Source: Lingula anatina (taxonomy: Eukaryota; Animalia; Brachiopoda). From it: a stretch of 64,000 nucleotides of DNA. Each line of letters opens with the position of its first letter. Position 1 is the first letter of the stretch. The translations under genes were made by a program, and so were the position numbers. The stretch lies in assembly GCA_051362555.1 (NCBI GenBank), contig CM120640.1:66566788-66630787 (forward strand). Reading direction: 5' to 3'. A model generated the notes under the pieces. The model made no database searches, was not told the DNA's origin, and saw only the letters and a program-made list of their open reading frames with translations. Shown here piece after piece: positions 13,101 to 26,698 of the stretch.

Positions 13101-14588
13101 GTCTTCGATTTGATTTCAATCAAACGACGGGCGGCCTGTGTCACCCCCAACTTAATAGACCTACTCCCAACCACTCATTATGCTGATAAGAGATTGCATG
13201 GCAAGTGGGTGTAATGAAATCGCTGCTTTTTCAATTTTATCTTACAACGAACTGAATTAACCTGTAGCTGGGTGGGGCCTCAGTTCACAAAGCCCTCATT
13301 GAACTACCACATGACTCTGTGCAAAAAAATAGTGCTTTAAGATCCCGTGCTAGAGACACCTTAATTACACACATAAAAAGGATCGAGAGAAACTGTAGCC
13401 AGTCTGTACAGATTGTTTCCCTTTGGGAGTTAAGGCGCACCTCTCCTACTAAGTGCTTCACAGTAACAGAACACCTGGTACGACAACGCGCTCATGACTT
13501 CTTCTCAGGTCCATTTCACAAAGCAAACTACCTCGGGTGAGAGGGCGAATTTGTTCACAAATTCGACAGAAAAAAGACACCCACCAAGTGCGTTTAAGTA
13601 ATACAACACACGGGAAGTACGACCGTCATTTTTTGCTAATTGATTTGCCGAAACCACGATTCGCTGGTGTGTCGAAAAATATTATGTTGGTTTACTTCAT
13701 GGCAGGCGAGGCGTTAAACCCCTGCATCGCTGCATATCTTCACGTGCGCTCACCTTCGGAAGACTTTTCGTTTGTTTTCGTCAGAGGTCCGATCTTCATA
13801 CTTGGTGTATGAAGCTTAGATATGTTTGCTTCTCTGCTGCAATCGAATTGACATTGCACATGCACTAATATCGATATTGTATACTATTACCTTCCTAATA
13901 CATTCTTAATTTTATCCAGACTTTAGATGCAAAAAGTGGTGATTATAAACACAAAATGTTTGATTCAAAACAATACTTTCTAAAATAAATATAATATCAA
14001 TATAAAGATGAAACCGTATGTTTGTCCTCCCTTTGATATTGGAGCCAAATCATTTTCTTCTTCTCTCTTCTGTTTTTTTTTCATATTTTGGTCAATAGTC
14101 AGTTCTTTAAATAAAGGCAAGTCGCACGCTAAAAATAAATAATATAAAAAAATAAAATAAAATATAAAAACGGCTATTTTTCTTCGAAAATTTAACCAAG
14201 TTTTGTGATTGATCAACGCCAGGCCCCTTTAACTTATTAGACATGGCATTTTTAAAGCATTTAAATTCCATCGGTATTAAAAAAAGTCCTATTTTAGAGC
14301 ATTCATAGACGTTACTTAATTTTGTTTCGATTGATGTGCGTTTTAGGGAATTGGTCTTTGCATACTGTTATTAATGGATAGATAATCGATAGATGATTAG
14401 GACCAAGGTGGATTTGACGATGTACAGGTGAAGACGAATATCAAAACTGTACATCTTTCATTATTTTGTTGCCGCCAAACACATTTTTTTTTCAAACCAA
14501 GCCTAAATTTCATGAATGGGATTTTATCTTTACGAACGGAATTACATGTAAATTGCGCTAAATCTGATGGTTTACTGGATAGTTTTTT

Positions 14589-17500
14589 TTTCACATTCCA
14601 TATGTGAAACTGAACGGGTTGCAGTCACGCTGTTGCAATGGGGCTGCTACAGACATGAAAAATCTGGATGCTTATCTTGGCATTGCGAAAGTACTCCCTC
14701 TATCGTCAGTGTAGATCCCTTTATCGTTAGTGTGGAATGTGAGAGGTGGTCAGTGGACAATGAGTTACAGGGCCGTTGGGTGTATTGCAGCTTCATTGTA
14801 TTTTGACCTGAGACACTCTCTTTTTAAAATACGACACAGTCATCAAACTGTGCAAATATTGTATGTGAGAGTAATTGTCAGATGAGCTGCTGACTGATAA
14901 AAACGTTTTTTCCAGTTTGAGGGTATCATGCGACGGTCCGCATGTGACACGCCATATCAATTTTCACCACTTGTAACTTAAAAAAAAAGGTGGGTGTATA
15001 TAATATGCATTGGCTTGAAGTATGCCACTGTGAAGTTAAACGATTGCAAAATTAGGTTTTTGTGCAAGCCTTTGGAGTTCGGGCGTGAACTGAAATGGGT
15101 ATAAAGAAATTTCTAATCCATCATGTAACATATCTGAAAACGAGACTGCTCCGCAGCCCAAGTGGTAACGCGCCAATATACAAACAGAAGTGAAAGTAGG
15201 CTGGGCTGTGTAATTTATTCTGGCTCGATTTATTTTGGTCAGTGGTGGTAATTTTAGAACTTGTATTGTGGTTTTTAATTTTATACCAGTAGTTGTACTT
15301 TGCATTGTAGCAATGTTTTCAATTAAATTTTAAGAAACTTGTAAACTTTGAAAAAAGCATAATTATACTTACGACTGTGTTCCTGTTCAGTTTCACATAT
15401 GGAATGTGAAATATAGATCTCATACGGAAAGTTATTATCCCTTAAATATTCAGTGCATACAATGAAGTTACAAAACAGAATGAAGGAAACTTGCCAACTG
15501 TAATATTTGTTTTTTTTTAGTAAAACTTAATGCTTGCAGGCACACCAAATCACATTTTTATGTATTGATGACCTTCTGTAGGATGTGCATTCAGGGTACG
15601 GATAAGGTTGGTTTTGTTTTTATTTAAATTAATTTGTTGTGTCTAGATCAGTCAAACTTCCTGTGTGTCTGTCTATCCCTCTTTTTGAGTTTTTAAAATT
15701 TTAAGGCTTTCCTTCATTTTATATTTTTATCAAATATTAAAATGTAAGAAAATAGTTACCTATCTGAGATGATTACTGAAATATTATTTGACACCCTGGT
15801 GCACTTTGTAATTAATAATTTCCAGGACATGCAGCATCTTAATGATGATGGTAATGATCAAGACTGGGGGCAGTTGTACTGCAATGGATTCAAACTCTCT
15901 TACAGTTAGATTTTTTCTCTTGCTGCATTTGTATCTTTTATCCAAGAAATGTCAGATGTCAGCTGAACTGCTCTAACAAGGTATGAAAGGTAATTTTTTG
16001 TGTTAAAACTATAAAACTTTGTCATTTGTCTAGTGCTTGACAGTGTTGAAGGCAACGAATGTTGTAATATATCAGTCAGTTATAATTGAGTTTATGAAAT
16101 ACATTGAGATAATGCATCATAGATGATCACAATTATGTAAACTAGTTTATATTTTTTCTAGTAAACAGATTTTCCTTGTGAGAACAAGCTTTGCAGTCTA
16201 TCCCCAGGTGTTCAGTTTGCATTAGAGGATTGGGTTTGGGCAGATATCAGTTAATCTGGACTTTCTGCATCCATGTGATGTTGACGAAATTATCAAAAAC
16301 TGGTGAGAACAGTTTAAGGTACATACAAACCGAGCATTGGTGGAGCGTGGATTCCCAGTAACACATGTAAACCACTTCTACTAGATTCTTATCTGACTCA
16401 AATTCGACATGCCAAAGGATAAACTGAATAGATCACTCGATCAGCCATAAAAGAACCTCAGACTGCTCCTTTCTTTAAATTTTTGATTGTAAATTTAACC
16501 TACTTTCATGACCTACTTTCCTGCCCCATTGACATACAGCTTAGAATGCCAGCAGAAAAATCCCTTCAAACATCATTTTCGGGTAAAATTAAACAATGCC
16601 TTTTGGTAATTCTCTTAGTTATACTACTTGAAACTATATGCTGGCATTTGGTTGGTTTTTGTGACAAAAATTGACTTTGTATGCATCTTTAAGAGAGGTG
16701 GAGGTAATTTTAACATTGCATGATTTTTCATTTTTGTTAGATTTTCATATATGAGTGCTTTAGAAGTGATCTTTTGGACACTAGCTATATTTTATGATGA
16801 TATATACTCAACCAAATATTATTTTTCAATTATTAAAGCACTATGTAATGTAGTGAGAAAATATTCAGTGCATGTAAAAAAGTAATGAATGGTGTGTGCA
16901 TTACCCATCAATATTTGGTTAAAATATTTTCCTTAGCATCTACGTTTTTTTTTTGTAATAATCAAAAATAACAATGTTTTAGAACTTTTTAGTCAAGTTA
17001 TTGAAGACAATACTGATTTAAATATATATTTGTTTTAAATAAAAAAGAGTTGTTTTTATTACAAAGAGCTAGACAAATTGTATCCGATTCTTTTCAGTTG
17101 TGCAGAATGACATTTGGTGCTGATGTTATTTTTGGTTGAGGTGGCTCCCTAAGGACTGCATTTTCTGAATCGGCAAACAGATAATGGGGCCTGTTTGACC
17201 AAGAAAACTACTGAAAGGTGAGAAGGAGGACCTCCAGAACCAGCCAAAGTATGTGAAAAAGAATTGGCACTGGGCTTCAGATTGAAAGCGGTAATTTGTT
17301 GTTAACTTCCCATACAGGAGGTGTGTTTTCAGATATCGGATACTTTTACAGTAAATGATTTCAGGTTGCATGTTTGTTTGAATGGCAAAATGTTTTTGGG
17401 TGTAATGGGTTGGTTTTTTGCTTTGTAAAGCAGATGCCTACTAGTGACCCACACAAAGTGGACAAGCTGATTTTATGGAATGGAAAGTTAGTTTTTTTTG

Positions 17501-17622
17501 TTTGTGTTCTATAAAGATTTACATTTGATGTTGAGCATATACTTTTATTTAGTTATATAATAGTATTTTTGCCAAATCAGTTAAAGGGATAATAACTCTT
17601 CGTATGAAATCTGTATTTCACA
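14589..17622. mobile_element. Non-coding element with split inverted repeats (A ... A'B ... B'), resembling DIRS/tyrosine-recombinase element architecture
   Basis: 14589-14615 is the reverse complement of 15385-15411. 15405-15446 is approximately the reverse complement of 17581-17622. The two internal halves overlap at TGTGAAA. Confidence 0.55.
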
Positions 17623-18689
17623 ATAAAAACATTGTGAGTGACTCATAAAAATATAATATATTCTGTTTTCCCACAAAAACGGCTGTTATAGCTATTATTC
17701 TGATATCTGAGCTTGTCTTTAGACCACGTGACCTCCATTGATGGCTATACTCTGTTAAAATCTCTTAAGAGATTTTAACAAAAAACCAAACTTTTTAGAA
17801 AAAAACCAGGGACTAACTTTGAATGTAAAAATGGATTCATTAACCATTGGTAAGTATGGGAAAATTGTTGTTTACTCCAGGAAAATTCATTTTTTGGCCG
17901 AAACGAAGAGTTATTATCACTTTAATAATAAAAGCAACAAGTTGTACAATGTTGTGCAAACAGGAAATCTTGAATATCCAGTTTGTACAAGCCTGCATAG
18001 TTATCATAGAAGTTGTCAATGTCATTGAATGTTTCTGATAGTCATCTTTTAGACAGTTGGGCATAATACTGTTTACTTCAAGGACTTCCTTACAAATTTT
18101 AAATGTAGTGTTTCTGTTTGACATTCATCAGTGAGTAGCCCTAATTTCTAATTTGAAGGTGACAAATGGGAAATATATCAGGTTGACTTTTTATTCTCCA
18201 CCACCATCCTCATTTCAAAATACCCAAGGAGCTATTGGTTCACACCTGCTATGCCTACACAATGCAGTTAGATCTTTTTTTTCATTCCTGCAACAGTAAC
18301 CTGTGGTACATAGTTTGTTGATAGAATGTTTGAAATCTCCAACAGTGGAGAAAAGACAAAAATCAAGGATAAGGATATGTACTCATTTAAAAAAGTATTA
18401 ACAGTACATAATTGGATGAAGATTTTTAATGGTTTATTTACCCAACATTCCTGGATAATGTAATCCTTCAAGCACAGGCTTCAAACAACTGCGCATGTGC
18501 GAAAAGTGCGCTGTTTGAAATGAACAAGTTGGTGAAATTGACAAAGCCTGCCGGTGTTTACCGTCTGGTTGATTTTATTTCATTAGCTCTCTGGTGTCTT
18601 TTTGAAAGTTTATATTAGAAATGTTCTATTGATTTCATGTTGTAAAAAGTAAATCCGTCTGAATTCCTTAGAAAAACATTTATTTTACC

Positions 18690-18966
18690 TTCATCTTAAG
18701 GGGATTCCCATTGTATTTATAGTGTTATATGTGGCCCCAATGAGGATTTTCACACCTCCCCCACTCTTGATTAATAAAATTCTTCATCTGGAGGATTGTA
18801 AATTATATTTAAAAGAGGTAAATAAACATCCCACATTATCAGTACAGCCACTTAAAAACCATCTTATAGCCTGGAATAAAGTATTGTATCTCTCAACCTG
18901 CCTATTCGCAGCTGGTCTATAAGGAATTGTGTGCATTTTTTTTCCTATGTCCAGTAATTTGCATAT
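18690..18966 (-). pseudogene. Degenerate integrase fragment of an older Gypsy element (D), interrupted by LTR A
   Basis: CKLLDIGKKMHTIPYRPAANRQVERYNTLFQAIR matches the integrase core motif T.PY.P.ANGQVER.N. Confidence 0.7.
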
Positions 18967-19257
18967 TGTTACGCCTTCGTAGCCGAGTGCTTTATGAAGG
19001 TACACTATACTCTTTGGTGTAAGCATCAATAACAGAGTCCGAAAAACTGTAAGAGGCTGTCAGTGAGTGTCAGAGAGACCCCAAAGAGAGCGATTTATTT
19101 CAAGTCACACCTTATATACATGTTCAGATTTGTACAATGAACAGTGTTACCAATCACAGGAGAGATTCAAACTTGCACACCAGACTATACTTTACTTATA
19201 GAGACATCTAACGATAGCAATATAAAACAATCGCAATGAGCACACTACATCGTCACT
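18967..19257 (-). repeat. 3' LTR of Gypsy copy A
   Basis: Starts tgttacgccttcg and ends catcgtcac like LTR 59718-60102. Polypurine tract caaaatgggggagtg is adjacent on the minus strand. Confidence 0.85.
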
Positions 19258-19620
19258 CACTCCCCCATTTTGACAAACAAAACTTCCCCCTATTATTACA
19301 ATATAAACCATTACTTTAAAATTTTAAACTAACAATTATTATAATTCAACTGAAATCTTACTTTATATTTAAAATAAACAAGTAATGCAAAGAGTTCATT
19401 CTTGTTATGCCAAGAGTCAACATTAATAACACAAGAAAAATCAATCAAGTCCATGTCTCAGCATAATGTCCATCCTTAGGAAATCAAAAAGTTTTTAAAT
19501 CCATTTTCACTTTAAAACAACTTTAAAGTAAACAAAGTAATTTTAATTCAAATTTGCGTAAAACAATATTATTAATGATAACATTGTCAGTATGAAATGT
19601 CAAATCATATTATTCATCTT

Positions 19621-20286
19621 TTATCCATGCAGCAAAGTAAATTTCATTTGCCGATACCAATGACTACTGAGTTCACGATCCTCTGATGAAAGTTTTTGTA
19701 ACAGATGATACAAAGTCCTCCAGTGAAACAAAGTCAACAAAGAATTCAGAATCTCAGGCTCAGGCTCCATACCATTTCCATGAATATATATTTTCACCAA
19801 ATTAATGTCCTCCTCGGAACATTTATTTGGTAATTTTGTTAGTCCCTCACTTTGCACATAGTTCATCAGTTCCCATATATTTCTCATATTTAGTGTCAAG
19901 ATCAGAAAATATATAAATCCATTCACCAACTGGATCCACAGTTTTTCATCGAATTCACCAGTTCCACACGAATGAACATCACTGTGGCATCTACGTAAAA
20001 ATGAATTGTCCTTTTCCATTGATCTACAACACCAACACACCAATCCTGGAGTCATATACCACGTCAAATAAACAGACTTCACATGACGTCCAAGATGTCC
20101 ACTCAAGTTGGTACTGGACACCAGGGACAAACTACACTGAACTTCTTTTCTCTGTTTCTTCCTGCGCTTTGAGTGGGTAACTTCCTCCCCCTCTTCACCA
20201 ATTAGGACAGTAGTATCTTCCACTAGATCCGTGTCATTATAATCGGGGACAAAACAGGCTTCATCTAGCATGTCTAAATCGTCCAT
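19621..20286 (-). CDS. Gypsy accessory ORF3 (221 aa): acidic N-terminus, basic NLS-like patch, Cys/His Zn-finger-like region; function unknown
   Basis: Open frame from the ATG at 20286, preceded by the acceptor tttatttcag|ATATG. Homologous copy at 60720-62876. Confidence 0.7.
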   Translation of the reverse strand: MDDLDMLDEACFVPDYNDTDLVEDTTVLIGEEGEEVTHSKRRKKQRKEVQCSLSLVSSTNLSGHLGRHVKSVYLTWYMTPGLVCWCCRSMEKDNSFLRRCHSDVHSCGTGEFDEKLWIQLVNGFIYFLILTLNMRNIWELMNYVQSEGLTKLPNKCSEEDINLVKIYIHGNGMEPEPEILNSLLTLFHWRTLYHLLQKLSSEDRELSSHWYRQMKFTLLHG

Positions 20287-21449
20287 ATCTGAAATAAACT
20301 TATTTACTAGTTTATTTTCTTGAATAAAAACAAAAGAAAAACAATAATTTGAATTGCAACATATTAGTTTGAACAGTGTAACAATGTTAGGCAATATTCA
20401 ATCAATTTTGCATGTAGCGTCCAATATCTTAACAAACGCAGGTTGTCTGTTTGAGCCTTTATTGATCCACTACAAGATACGTTCTGAAATAATAATAAAT
20501 AAAGATACTTAACATCTATACTTCATGATCCTTTTCAATATGACTTACTTATATAACGACTGAATGTCACTATTATTAAATCAATTTCTTTTATAAGTGC
20601 ATAACAAAGTTAAGAAGAAACAAATTAATTCCAAAATTAAATGATAACATGCATAAACTAGCTACTCACTAGACTTGTCTAGCCTCGACTTGTGAAACAT
20701 GACAAAATACCGTATAACCTTTGTCTGCTGACACTGTAATAAATATAAAACAACTTCATGAAATTATGTAGCTAGCTGAGATAAACATACTCAATATCTA
20801 AGGAAAGAAAATAAACGTAAACTATCAGGCCTGACAAAGTTTGTTTGTTAACCACGCCTAATACATTCATGCATTATAACACGTGTTCTTAAAATGCCTT
20901 TACATTACTTGCAAATTTATATGCTAATTACGTAATGAGCTATAAAATAGGTCTAGTAACCAAGCAACATATATAAAATGAGTTTTAAGAAAGGACCGGG
21001 CAAATACATACTGTACTTATTTGTCTTTTTTCCTACTTTCTCTTCATACGTACGAGTGTTGCGTCCTCCGTGAATCTGAACGTGTGCACCTCTCCCAACT
21101 TACGAATCTCTTTTTTCTAAAGATTATTTTCTCAACCAAATACATAGCAATTGCACCAAATGCAGTATGTGAGATTACATGGTAATTACTTTCCCTTAAA
21201 CACGGGATATAGAATTCTAGCCACTACATTGTTCATGTAATGAAAATGACTATAATCTAAAAAATATAAAAGTATTCATGCATAATTGTTCAATGCATCA
21301 TGCTCAACAACAAATTTCAAACAAATATTTAGTAAACATATACCAACTTGGACTGTTGTTTTGATCAAGTTACCTGATATATAATATGAAGTACAAACTA
21401 TCAGATACTTTATGAATCTTTTTATTATGTACAGACACAGATGTGTCTG

Positions 21450-21975
21450 TACATATAGCCATCATCTGCGTCTGTCGTCGCCGTCACCGTCGTCGCTGTC
21501 GCTGTCGCCGTCGTCGCCATGTACTTTCCTTGCCATTTTACCTTTTGGCTTGAAACTTACAGAACTGATGAATATTCATAATACGCCGGTCAAGTTCGAA
21601 AATCAGCATTATCGGGCCATTTTTAGGGAAGTTATGCTTTTTTTCACTTTTTTCAGCATATATGCAACACCGTAAACACGATAAGTGAAAAACTGTATTA
21701 CATTTTGGTTTGAAACCTACAGAACTGTTGAATATTCATAATTCGCCGGTCAAGTTCGAAAATCAGCATGATCGGGTAATTTTTAGGGAAGTTATGCTTT
21801 TTTTTCACTTTTTTCAGCATATATGCAACACCGTAAACACAATATAAGAAAAACAGATTGGCCAATTGTCATTGTACTCACAGGAGTGGTCAATCTTACT
21901 AAAATGCAGGTTGAGTTCAAAAATCAGTATAATCGGGCCATTATTTTAGGAGTTATGCTGTTTTTTCACAATTCC
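21450..21975. mobile_element. Helentron/HINE-like non-autonomous fragment with (GTC)n microsatellite and ~160-bp internal repeats
   Basis: atagccatcat..(gtc)n start; aatcagcat..atcgggcc..ttttaggga.gttatgc repeated at ~21601, 21761 and 21922. Confidence 0.5.
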
Positions 21976-22295
21976 TCAGATTCAATTCTTAGGCATGTTA
22001 ACAGTCTCATAATTGAACTAATAAGAAATGTAAAAGTGTTTGTTTGATATTTCCTGCATCTTTACAACATTTTTAGCTGATTATGTAAAAATGATGGTAA
22101 ACTTGTTATTGTGTATTGTGTAATAAAGTGTCAAAAATGGAAATAAACTCATATCATTGCAGTTTGTCAGATGCATTCATCCACTATGTTCAGAATCTCA
22201 GAATGGAGGAAGTTGGACATTTAACACTGTTCTATTGATACTTTTCCCATCTCATCAATTTTCTTCATTGGTCATATAAAAATGGCAGTAAACTG

Positions 22296-24180
22296 TTTAT
22301 TGTACCACCAGCATTAGCGCTGGCGGTACACACGGTTTCGGTCCCGTCTAGATCGTTCCGCCGGCTCCGCCGGCTCCGCCGGACGGCTACCGTTACCGCT
22401 TCTCCTCCTAGACGGTAAGGGCCCCCGTACCCATCTCATGGATTTAGGTCACCTATAATCTCAACTCGTTCCACGTAAAATTTGGGCTTTGTCGGTATTG
22501 GGGTCTGGGTGTGGCACTCATTACAATGCACCCTTGTCTAAAAATGGCAAAATTAAATGCTAATTATCTACCCTACGGAAGGAGTTATGGGAAAAATTTC
22601 TATAGACGGCTTTCCAAAAGTCATATGTGTAGATTTCAAATATACCCTTGGATTTGACCTTAGACCTTTACTTCAAGGTCAAATGGGCCAAAATTTTCAA
22701 AAAAATGAAATTTTTTACGAAAAAATTTTTTTTTGCCCTGTTTTTCAGACACTACACAGACTAAACCAATAATATTATTGGAAAGTGTTACCCTTCAGGT
22801 CATCTTTCATCTCCATGAATTTGGGGTCAATCGGTGCATTTTCACGGGAGTAGCGGCCATAAGATACCGAAACTGAAAACTGTCTCTAATTCGGGAACCG
22901 TTAATGCTAGAGACCCATTCTTTTTTGCATTTTGTAGAGCATGTAAAGCCCAACACTGGAGGTGGTCTCGGTTTTTTTGTATTCCATACGGTTTTCGAGT
23001 TACGCTGTATCAAAAAGTACATATTGGTGGTAAAAGCAAAATGTGCAGTACGGTAATGGATAATAAATTTTGAACTCTGGAAAAATAAAACATAAGGCTT
23101 GGCAAAGCAGACAACTTGTGTTCAAAAATGACATTATTTCATCAAATTTGAACTTCTGAAACTTCAGAGCACCTCTTATTTCAAGAATTTTGACCAAAAT
23201 GACATTTTCTTTATTTTAATTAATTTTTTCTGTACGAAATTAAAGGCACATTATGGTAACTCCAAAATTATAACATTTAGTCCCTTATATCTCCAAAACT
23301 GGCAGAGATAGGTCCATAGTTAATATTGAAGTTGAATAGGAAGTCGTATACTGGCAATCTTACTGTGACCTTGAAATTGACCTTTGACCTACTTTTCACC
23401 ATGAACTGAACTTTGCAAATTTTGCTTCCCTTTTATCTCCAAAACTGGCAGAGATAGGTCCGTAGTTACTATTGAACTTGAATAGAAAGTCATATACTGG
23501 CAATCTAAATGTGACCTTGAAATTGACCTTTGACCTACTTTACACCATGAACTGAATTTTGCAAATTTTGCTTTTCTTTTATCTCCAAAACTGGCTGAGA
23601 TAGGTCCGTAGTTACTATTGAACTTGAATAGAAAGTCATATACTGGCAATCTAAATGTGACCTTAAAATTGACCTTTGACCTACTTTTCACCATAAACTG
23701 AACTTTGCAAATTTTGCTTCCCTTTTATCTCCAAAACTGGCAGAGATAGGTCCATAGTTACTATTGAACTTGAATAGAAAGTCATATACTGGCAATCTAA
23801 ATGTGACCTTAAAATTGACCTTTGACCTACTTTTCACCATGAACTGAACTTTGCAAATTTTGCTTTCCTTTTGTCTCCAAAACTGGCAGAGATAGGTCCA
23901 TAGTTACTCTTGAACTTGAATAGGAAGTCATATACTGGCAATTTACTGTGACCTTGAAATTGACCCTTGACCTATCTTACGAAGAACTTAAATTTGATTG
24001 TACCATATATATTTTTTGCAAAAGTTTAAAAATTCTTGTTGATTGCATTTTTACAGCTTGTCAAGCACAAAACTGGTGGCTGTGTCCCTTATTTTGTGTA
24101 TGTGGGGGTCTATACGAATGCGCTTGCTCCAGCTGGTGGTACAATATTCGGAGGCGGTATCGCCTCTCTGATCCTCTAGT
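22296..24180 (+). mobile_element. Helentron-type non-autonomous element (HINE/DINE-1/pearl-like) with an internal satellite
   Basis: Subterminal IR ttgtaccaccagc (22300) / gctggtggtacaa (24132), (ccgccggct)n near the 5' end, 3' hairpin gaggcggtatcgcctc, CTAG end, T-rich flanks. Confidence 0.75.
23281..23975. repeat. 146-bp tandem repeat, ~4.8 copies
   Basis: atctccaaaactggcagagatagg (near-identical variants) at 23289, 23435, 23581, 23727 and 23873. Confidence 0.92.
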
Positions 24181-24249
24181 TTTGTTTTATGTTAAAATAG
24201 TGTTAAAAATGGAAATAAACCCATTTCAGAACAGTGCTGTCTTGTTTAC

Positions 24250-25750
24250 ATTTTGGCATTTTCAATATGTGACTTTAAAGTTCCATGGGCCTGAAGACTT
24301 ATGCTAGTCACATTTTCTGAATAACCATGATACTAATATTTTATAATTAAAAATTGATGGTCATTATGCTGCAAAACATTATGTAATGTTGCATCAAAAT
24401 TTGAAGAAACCCCTATTTTGGGCACTGCTCCCATGATGACCATTTAAGGAAAATCATGTCAATTACTGTTCTCAAACTTACAGGAAAGAAACATGGGTCT
24501 AAAATACAGCTTCAGTAGACAATGCAGTCTGTTTGGTAAATTTTTCTGGCAATTAAACAGTTTTTTGTGAAAATTTAATTTTTTACTTATTGGCATTTCC
24601 AAGGTGTGACTTAGAACCTCCACGGGCTTGAAGACCCATGCTAGTCACATTTTCTTAAAATCCATGACAGGTATAATTTATTATGAAAAATGGATGGTCA
24701 TTATGCTGTAAAACATTATGTAATATTGCATCAAAATTTGAAGAAACCCCTATTTTGGGCACTGCTCCCATGATGACCATTTAAGGAAAGTCATGTCACT
24801 TACTGTTCTCAAACTTACAGGAAAGAAACATGGGTCTAAAATACAGCTTCAGTAGGCAATGCAGTCTGTTTGGTAAATTTTTCTGGTAGTTAAGCACTTT
24901 TTTGTGAAAATTTAATTTTTCACATATTGGCATTTTCAATGTATGACTTTGAAGTTCCATGATCCTGAAGACCTTTGCTTGTCACATTTTCTGAATATGC
25001 GTTATACTAATATTTTATAATTAAAAATTGATGGTCATTATGCTGTTAAACATTATGTAATGTTGCATCAAAATTTGAAGAAACCCCTGTTTTGGGCACT
25101 GCTCCCATGATGACCATTTAAGGAAAATCGTGTCAATTACTGTTCTCAAACTTACAGGAAAGAAACATGGGTCTAAAATACAGCTTCAGTAGGCAATGCA
25201 GTCTGTTTGGTTAATTTTTCTGGCAATTAAACAGTTTTTTGTGAAAATGTAATTTTTCACATATTGGCATTTCCAAGGTGTGACTTAGAACCTCCACGGG
25301 CTTGAAGACCCATGCTAGTCACATTTTCTGAAAATTCATGACACTTATATTTTATTATTAAAAATCGATGGTCATTATGCCGTTAAGCATTATGTAATGT
25401 TGCATCAAAATAGAAGAAAACACAATTTTGGGTGCTGCTGCCTTGATGACCATTATGGGAAAACTGTGTTATTTATGACTGTCAAAAAAGAAACACAGGA
25501 CTAAAATGCAGCCTGAGTTGGAAAAGCAGTCTAATTGGCTTCTTTTTCTGGAAGCTATACATTTTAGTGTAATATTCATTATCTTTTTGGCATATTCATT
25601 GTGGGACTCAGAGCTCCCATGGACATGAAGCCGAATGGTAATCATATTTTCTACATGTCCATCCTATTTATAGTCAATAAACAAAAATTGGTGATAATTA
25701 TTCTCTAATTTATTATGTAATGTTACATCAAAATTGACAACAATCTTTTT
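24250..25750. repeat. ~337-bp tandem repeat, ~4 copies plus degenerate copies further right
   Basis: tggtcattatgc..cattatgtaat.ttgcatcaaaat recurs at ~24358, 24696, 25033 and 25370. Confidence 0.88.
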
Positions 25751-26347
25751 GCACTGCTACTGCAAACATTATGAAAAGAAAACTGTTCTACTTATTATCA
25801 TTTATAACTTACAAGTACGATTTTTAGGATTGGCCTTCAGCTCATATGAGAAAACCAGCTCTATTGGATTATCATTTTTATTGAATTTATGCATTTTTTG
25901 TGAAATTTTCATTTTTCTCATTCTGGCACTTTTTAAGTATAAACTTGAACTCCGATGGGCCTGAAGCCTTATGCTTTTAATTTTGTCTGTGTTACCTGTT
26001 GTGCATAAGTTGATGTTGACTGTGCAGTTAAACATAATGTATTATTGCATCAGGATTGGTAGTCTCCTATTTTGGGCATTATGATTTTGTGCTTTTCTTA
26101 AAGTGTGACTTATGGGCCTAAAGACCTTTGAGTGGGTCAGTCTGTAAATTACCCTTGGGTATCACTAGATTAATTTCAGAGTTATAAAGTCATTTGCCTT
26201 AATAGGCCATTAAATGAGATTACATAAAGCACACTTGTTGATATTTCCCTGTAAACTCCCAAAGGTAAAGCTCTCTGCTAGATTAATAATAAGGAAGCAG
26301 TGATAATTATGCAGGTAAATTTTGTTTAATATTGCAAATAAGTTTTA

Positions 26348-26350
<3 letters not shown>

Positions 26351-26415
<65 letters not shown>
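26351..26415. repeat. (TA)n microsatellite
   Basis: Direct reading. Confidence 0.95.
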
Positions 26416-26417
<2 letters not shown>

Positions 26418-26462
26418 AACTGGAAGATTAAAAGTTTGAATAGCATCTTCATTGGAATTATA

Positions 26463-26698
26463 TTTACCTCAAGCTCTGCCAAGGAGGTCATATTTTCACC
26501 CCCGTTTGTCTGTCATCCACATAACACAAAAAGTTATGGACTGATTTTGCAGAAATTTTCAGGAACTGTCGGAAGTGGGCCAAAGAGGACAATGATTAAT
26601 TTTTGGTGGTGGTCTGGAACAATAATCAATCAATTATCAATAATAATCAACAATTGCTGCCTTGACAGAGGTCTGCACTCTCAAAGTGCTTTTCTAGC
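26463..26698 (+). mobile_element. Short Helentron/Helitron-N-like element
   Basis: ttacctc..gccaaggaggt..tgtctgtc..ccttgacagaggt..gcactctcaaagtgc (hairpin)..ctag layout. Confidence 0.5.

Noticed and set aside
19621-20394. ORF3 or ORF2 as env, and the 257-aa start given by the ORF track
   Set aside because: No signal peptide or fusion/TM architecture. The upstream 36 codons are intron-like and not conserved in copy C, so the ATG at 20286 is preferred.
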